Shown here: one piece after another, positions 59,182 to 64,000 of the stretch
Position numbering within the stretch: position 1 is the stretch's first letter
How the letters are laid out: the number at the start of each line of letters is the position of its first letter
Assembly: GCA_002712715.1 (NCBI GenBank)
Contig: PAUF01000007.1
Coordinates: 13,644 to 77,643 of the forward strand
DNA from: Flavobacteriales bacterium
Lineage (GTDB): Bacteria > Bacteroidota > Bacteroidia > Flavobacteriales > BACL11
Length of the DNA: 64,000 bases
Reading direction: 5' to 3'
Translations under genes and position numbers: made by a program
Notes under the pieces: generated by a model
Told to the model about the DNA's origin: nothing
The model's input: only the letters and a program-made list of their open reading frames with translations
Databases searched by the model: none

Positions 59182-59877
59182 TTAACAATTAAGATTGACA
59201 CTATTTAAAATACTTTTAAATAAAAGCATACCATCCTCGTTATTTAATGATCGATCTGACGCTCTTTCAGGGTGAGGCATCATCCCAAAAACATTTCTAT
59301 TTTGATTACATATTCCTGCGATATTATGCAATGATCCATTCGGATTGGATTCTAGATTAACATTAGAGTTTTCATCGCAATATTTGAATAAAATTTGATC
59401 ATTCTTATTCATTTCATCTAATACATCATTGTTGACATAATACCGCCCTTCTCCATGAGCAATGGGTATTTTCAGAGCTCTATCTGAATTTATATTTGTA
59501 ATAATTGATTTTTTGGTAATTATTTTTAGAAATGTATTCTTACAAATAAACTTGTGGCTTAAATTATGAAGTAATGCCCCAGGCAACAATTGAGACTCAC
59601 ATAATATTTGAAAGCCGTTGCAAATACCTAATACATAGCCGCCAGAATTTGCATAATCAACTATTTCTTTCATAATTGGAGAATAATTAGCAATAGACCC
59701 TGACCTTAAATAATCTCCAAAAGAAAATCCTCCAGGCAATATAATAAAATTACAGCCCTTCAAATCACTTTCCTTATGCCATAACTTAACTACATCTTGA
59801 TTCATAATATTCTTTAAAACATATATAATATCGTTATCGCAATTAGATCCTGGGAAAACAACAACTCCAAATTTCAT
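59182..59877 (-). CDS. purQ: phosphoribosylformylglycinamidine synthase I (glutaminase subunit)
   Basis: 231 aa. Nucleophile in GICNGFQIL and the His in MMPHPER. Confidence 0.9.
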   Translation of the reverse strand: MKFGVVVFPGSNCDNDIIYVLKNIMNQDVVKLWHKESDLKGCNFIILPGGFSFGDYLRSGSIANYSPIMKEIVDYANSGGYVLGICNGFQILCESQLLPGALLHNLSHKFICKNTFLKIITKKSIITNINSDRALKIPIAHGEGRYYVNNDVLDEMNKNDQILFKYCDENSNVNLESNPNGSLHNIAGICNQNRNVFGMMPHPERASDRSLNNEDGMLLFKSILNSVNLNC

Positions 59878-59911
59878 CTTATGTGTATTTATTATTAATT
59901 TAAAAACAAAT

Positions 59912-60859
59912 TTACATATTAATGATTGAAATACGATAAAATACCGTACTAAAAAATAATAGAATAAATAGTATTTCTGAAATAATGGTTAATCTATAAT
60001 AAGAGAAAAAGTTTGATATTACTATACTGAGTGGAGCGATTGATAAATATAAGAAGATTATATTATTAAAAATTGTTGCAAGAAAAATCGTTATAACTAA
60101 ATACATAATAATAATAAAAAAAGACTCTCTACTTTTTATGCTCTTTTTATAAATCCAGTTGAAAATTTCTATTACAGAAAATACTGTAACTAAACAAACG
60201 ACGATTAACCAAAATTGAGCATGAAAAGTATCCAAATTTAAATAACTCAAGGAAGTCTCCATCTCAAAATTTGGCAAAGACAAGTTTTGATTTGAAATAT
60301 ACTGATACGACCAAATAAACAAATATGGAATTATTGATGAAATTAAACTAATAAATAGTAATCTCCACTCAAAATTGCGAAATATTATTGCCGCAAAAAA
60401 CACTAGCAAAATGAAAATTAGAAATTCGGTTGATATTATTGAAAGTGTTGATATCAACAACACAGAATTAAATACATTTCTATAAGGTTTTTTTGTCTTA
60501 AATAATGTAAGTAAATATCTGAGAATATACAGAAAAAAGAATGAAATAGATACGGCAATAACAGCAAAATCTAATTTACAATAATCAAAAAATACTGTGT
60601 TTAATATTACAAAGATGAAGCTTAAAATTATGCTCGGTTTTTTAATTACATCCTGCTCATAAATCAGATTATTTAGCCCCATGCTATTAAAAAACACCAT
60701 AACCATTATCAAAAATATTTCAAATAAATTTAATACAATAGTTTTTATTGGAAGATGATAATTAATCATTATTAAATTAGGTAAAAAAAACAAAATCAAA
60801 CTAATCATTAAAAAAAGAATCAAATAAGAATTAGTATTTTTTAAAAATTTTAAAATCAT
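59912..60859 (-). CDS. polytopic membrane protein of unknown function
   Basis: 315 aa, about 9-10 hydrophobic segments, no recognisable motif. Confidence 0.5.
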   Translation of the reverse strand: MILKFLKNTNSYLILFLMISLILFFLPNLIMINYHLPIKTIVLNLFEIFLIMVMVFFNSMGLNNLIYEQDVIKKPSIILSFIFVILNTVFFDYCKLDFAVIAVSISFFFLYILRYLLTLFKTKKPYRNVFNSVLLISTLSIISTEFLIFILLVFFAAIIFRNFEWRLLFISLISSIIPYLFIWSYQYISNQNLSLPNFEMETSLSYLNLDTFHAQFWLIVVCLVTVFSVIEIFNWIYKKSIKSRESFFIIIMYLVITIFLATIFNNIIFLYLSIAPLSIVISNFFSYYRLTIISEILFILLFFSTVFYRISIINM

Positions 60860-60899
60860 GTTTGATTATTTTTCATAGTTTTGCATAAACGATCAGATA

Positions 60900-61076
60900 A
60901 TGAATGATATTATTTATAGTATAGGGGATTTTTTCGAATCAATTTTTGAATTAATACCTCCATTTGGAAATTACGTTAATTACGCTTTCATGATAGTGAT
61001 TTTCCTTTTCTTAGTAATATGGACATATAAAATGTTTGTCCACAAACAAAAGGGACAGGAGCACGCTTCAGAGTAA
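60900..61076 (+). CDS. small single-TM protein (58 aa), below the ORF-track length cut-off
   Basis: Own translation: MNDIIYSIGDFFESIFELIPPFGNYVNYAFMIVIFLFLVIWTYKMFVHKQKGQEHASE*. It fills the otherwise empty interval and overlaps the convergent purD stop by 9 nt. Confidence 0.4.
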   Translation: MNDIIYSIGDFFESIFELIPPFGNYVNYAFMIVIFLFLVIWTYKMFVHKQKGQEHASE

Positions 61077-62342
61077 ATCCTTTCCAATATCTTTTCTATA
61101 ATATTTTTGATTAAACTTTATTTTATTACAACTCTCCATGGATTTTTTAACCGCTGCTTCTATACTATTAGCGATAGACGTAACTGCAAGTACCCGACCA
61201 CCATTTGTAATTAATTCTTTATTATTCAATTTTGTTCCCGAGTGAAAAACTAATGAATTGTCAGCGTCTTCTATTCCTGAAATACCATATCCTGTTTGAT
61301 ATTTTTCAGGATATCCTCCAGAAGTTAAAATTACAGTTGCAGCTGTTTTTTCAGAAATGTCAAAATCTATCTCACTAAAAGACCCATTACCAATCCCTAG
61401 AAGAAGATTTAACAAATCTGATTTTATTCTTGGAATAACAACTTCTGTTTCTGGATCTCCCATTCTAACATTGTACTCTATAACTTTTGCGTTACCGTTA
61501 CTAACCATTAATCCAATAAATATAAACCCTTGGTAAAGTATATTTTCGCTATTTAAACCTTTTATGGTTGGAATAATTATTTCACGATCTAATTTATCCA
61601 TAAAAAACCTGTCTACAAATGGCACAGGAGATATAGCTCCCATTCCACCAGTATTAAGTCCTGTATCATTTTCTCCAACTCTTTTATAGTCTTTTGCAGA
61701 TGGCAAGATTTTATATGACTTTCCATCAGTTAGCACAAATACTGATAATTCGATGCCTGTTAAATATTCTTCAACTACCACCGTGCTACCAGCATCTCCA
61801 AACTTTTTATTAACGATTATTTCTCTCAATTCGTTTTTAGCTTCATCTAAGCGATCAAGAATTAAAACTCCCTTACCTGCTGCTAAACCATCAACTTTTA
61901 GTACGTATGGGGAGCTGATTTCTTCAAGATAAGTCATGCCCTGCTCTATATTATCAATTGTGAAACTTTTATATCTAGCTGTTGGTATATTATATTTTTG
62001 CATAAATTCCTTAGCAAATTCTTTACTCCCCTCAAGCTTCGCTCCTCTAATACAAGGGCCTATAACAATGATTTCTTTTAATTTATCATCTGATTTGAAA
62101 AAATCATGAATTCCATTAACCAAAGGATCTTCTGGACCCACTATAATAATATCTATATTATGTTCTATACAGATTTCTTTTATTGAAGGAAAATCATTAG
62201 GATCTACATAAATGTTCAATCCCAAATCTTGAGTTCCCCCATTACCTGGAGCGATTACCAACTTCTTACAAAGACTACTTTGCGATATTTTCCAAGCAAA
62301 AGCGTGTTCTCTTCCCCCACTACCAATTATTAATACATTCAT
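61068..62342 (-). CDS. purD: phosphoribosylamine--glycine ligase
   Basis: 424 aa. N-terminus MNVLIIGSGGREHAFAWK and ATP-grasp core. Confidence 0.95.
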   Translation of the reverse strand: MNVLIIGSGGREHAFAWKISQSSLCKKLVIAPGNGGTQDLGLNIYVDPNDFPSIKEICIEHNIDIIIVGPEDPLVNGIHDFFKSDDKLKEIIVIGPCIRGAKLEGSKEFAKEFMQKYNIPTARYKSFTIDNIEQGMTYLEEISSPYVLKVDGLAAGKGVLILDRLDEAKNELREIIVNKKFGDAGSTVVVEEYLTGIELSVFVLTDGKSYKILPSAKDYKRVGENDTGLNTGGMGAISPVPFVDRFFMDKLDREIIIPTIKGLNSENILYQGFIFIGLMVSNGNAKVIEYNVRMGDPETEVVIPRIKSDLLNLLLGIGNGSFSEIDFDISEKTAATVILTSGGYPEKYQTGYGISGIEDADNSLVFHSGTKLNNKELITNGGRVLAVTSIANSIEAAVKKSMESCNKIKFNQKYYRKDIGKDLL

Positions 62343-62343
62343 T

Positions 62344-63093
62344 TTAATTTTCTTCTATTATTTCTAATATTTCTTTTGTATACTCCATATTATGAAATAC
62401 ACCTTGAACATCATCATCCAAATTTAGATGATCTAAAAGCTTTAATACTAGCTTGGATTCTTCTACAGTAATATTTTTCGTGTTGTTGGGCACCCTAATT
62501 ATCTCTGACTTTTCAACCATAACCTGATTGCTATCTAAACAATTCTGCATATTGCTATATTCTTTAAATTTACAAAAAATACTTAAACAATCTTCTTCTT
62601 TTTGCATGTATTCTAATCCTCCATCAATTAACCTCATTTCAAATTCTTCAATATCATATTTAATATTAGAATATAATACTTTAAATACCGCCATTCTTTC
62701 AAAAATAAACTCTAAAGAACCATTTGTACCCAGACTTCCTCCATATTTTGTAAAATATGAGCGCACATTGGCCACAGTTCTGTTATTGTTGTCTGTAGCG
62801 CAATCTACAAAGATGGCAACACCTGATGAAGCGTATCCTTCTAAGCTAATCTCCATATAGTTTTCCGCAGAGCTTCCTGAAGCTTTTTTTATTGCCCGAA
62901 GGATATTTTCTTTTGGCATATTAGCCTCCTTTGCATTTTGTATCGCTTGTCTCAACCTAATATTGGTTTCTGGATCATCACCTCCTTTTTTCACTGAAAT
63001 TGAAATTTCTTTCCCAATTCTTGAAAAAGTTTTGGACATAGCTGACCAACGCTTCATTTTTCTTTCCTTTCTAAATTCAAAGGCTCTGCCCAT
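62344..63093 (-). CDS. yebC: YebC/PmpR-family transcriptional regulator
   Basis: 249 aa. N-terminus MGRAFEFRKERKMKRWSAMSKTFSRIGKEI. Confidence 0.9.
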   Translation of the reverse strand: MGRAFEFRKERKMKRWSAMSKTFSRIGKEISISVKKGGDDPETNIRLRQAIQNAKEANMPKENILRAIKKASGSSAENYMEISLEGYASSGVAIFVDCATDNNNRTVANVRSYFTKYGGSLGTNGSLEFIFERMAVFKVLYSNIKYDIEEFEMRLIDGGLEYMQKEEDCLSIFCKFKEYSNMQNCLDSNQVMVEKSEIIRVPNNTKNITVEESKLVLKLLDHLNLDDDVQGVFHNMEYTKEILEIIEEN

Positions 63094-63114
63094 AATTATG
63101 TATTGAAAAATTTA

Positions 63115-64000
63115 TTATTCATCTAATTTTAGAACAGCTAGAAACGCTTTTTGTGGTATCTCTACATTTCCTACTTGTTTCATTCTTTTTTTTCCTTTCT
63201 TTTGTTTTTCTAATAATTTTCTTTTTCTAGTTATATCACCCCCATAGCACTTAGCGGTAACATCTTTTCGTAACGCTTTAATTGTTTCTCTAGATATTAT
63301 TTTTGATCCTATTGCAGACTGTATAGCTATATCAAATTGTTGTCTTGGTATCAATTCTTTTAGCTTTATACATATTTTTCTGCCTAAAAACTGAGCGTTC
63401 TGCCTGTGAATAAGAGCAGACAAGGCATCTACGTGCTCACCATTTAAAAGTATGTCTAATTTAATCAATTCCGATTCTCTATATCCGCTAGGCTGATAGT
63501 CAAATGATGCGTATCCTTTAGAAATAGATTTTAATTTGTCATAAAAATCAAATACAATTTCTCCTAAAGGCATACTAAATGAAAGCTCAACTCTGTCAGT
63601 AGTTAAATAAATTTGATTTGTAAGTTCTCCTCTTTTTTCAATACACAAATTCATTATTGATCCAATAAATTCTGATTTTGTGATTATTTGAGCGTTAATA
63701 TATGGTTCTTCGACAAAATTTAGAATACTTGGGTCGGGAAACTCTGTCGGATTGTGCACCTGCATAACCTCGCCACTTGTTGCATGAGCCTTATAAGAAA
63801 CATTGGGTACTGTAGTAATTACAATCATATTAAACTCTCGTTCTAATCTCTCTTGAATAATCTCCATATGCAACATCCCTAAAAAACCACATCGAAAACC
63901 AAAACCAAGAGCAGCAGATGATTCAGGCTGAAAAGTTAAGGAAGCATCATTCAATTGTAATTTTTCCATAGACTTTCTTAGCTCCTCATAGTCTTCTGTA
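63115..64000 (-). CDS. lepA: elongation factor 4 (LepA), C-terminal part; the 5' end lies beyond the window
   Basis: The frame stays open to position 64000 (..[21 protein letters not shown]..). Includes [22 protein letters not shown] and the LepA-specific C-terminal domain ending [18 protein letters not shown]. Confidence 0.9.
   Translation of the reverse strand, partial: TEDYEELRKSMEKLQLNDASLTFQPESSAALGFGFRCGFLGMLHMEIIQERLEREFNMIVITTVPNVSYKAHATSGEVMQVHNPTEFPDPSILNFVEEPYINAQIITKSEFIGSIMNLCIEKRGELTNQIYLTTDRVELSFSMPLGEIVFDFYDKLKSISKGYASFDYQPSGYRESELIKLDILLNGEHVDALSALIHRQNAQFLGRKICIKLKELIPRQQFDIAIQSAIGSKIISRETIKALRKDVTAKCYGGDITRKRKLLEKQKKGKKRMKQVGNVEIPQKAFLAVLKLDE

Noticed and set aside
1-64000. 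CRISPR arrays, rRNA operons, IS elements, intact integrases or prophage blocks
   Set aside because: Reading the intergenic regions, I saw no short regularly spaced direct repeats, no rRNA-like GC-rich conserved stretches, and no transposase- or integrase-length ORFs. The only repeat found is the two-copy module at 19.7-20.75 kb.

Overview
AT-rich, very gene-dense segment (most neighbouring genes are 0-70 bp apart or overlap by 1-25 nt). It reads as the chromosome of a streamlined Flavobacteriia (Bacteroidota) organism. Support for that assignment: three type IX secretion (T9SS) cargo proteins, two of them next to their own PorP/SprF gene; TAnnTTTG-type -7 promoter boxes about 16-26 nt upstream of many starts; the flavobacterial gene order panC / glycogen-synthase-like / DUF4270 / glmS; and an NrdB that carries an N-terminal ATP-cone. 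Most of the window is housekeeping: pth-rplY-prs, purT, ispG, radA, panC, glmS, ribE, pepA, pdxA, yceD-rpmF-plsX-fabH-accB-accC, dxs, rpoN, asnS, cysS, nrdAB, purQ, purD, yebC, lepA, plus tRNA-Cys and tRNA-Leu. I saw no rRNA, CRISPR array, transposase or intact integrase. The only clearly accessory stretch is about 3.5 kb against the 3' end of glmS (19.6-23.1 kb). It holds a tandemly duplicated ~0.5 kb module, each copy made of a serine-recombinase 'Recombinase'-domain remnant plus a small membrane-anchored ORF with its own promoter-like box. It also holds two orphan ORFs and a COG0523 GTPase that is split by a frameshift in an A9 run, lacks the CxCC metal motif, and is flanked by two 65-aa two-TM ORFs. 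Just beyond it, an SDR gene has its Rossmann motif upstream of any canonical start codon. I cannot show that this patch is a coherent new system. It is the best candidate in the window, and it may equally be a decaying integration scar.
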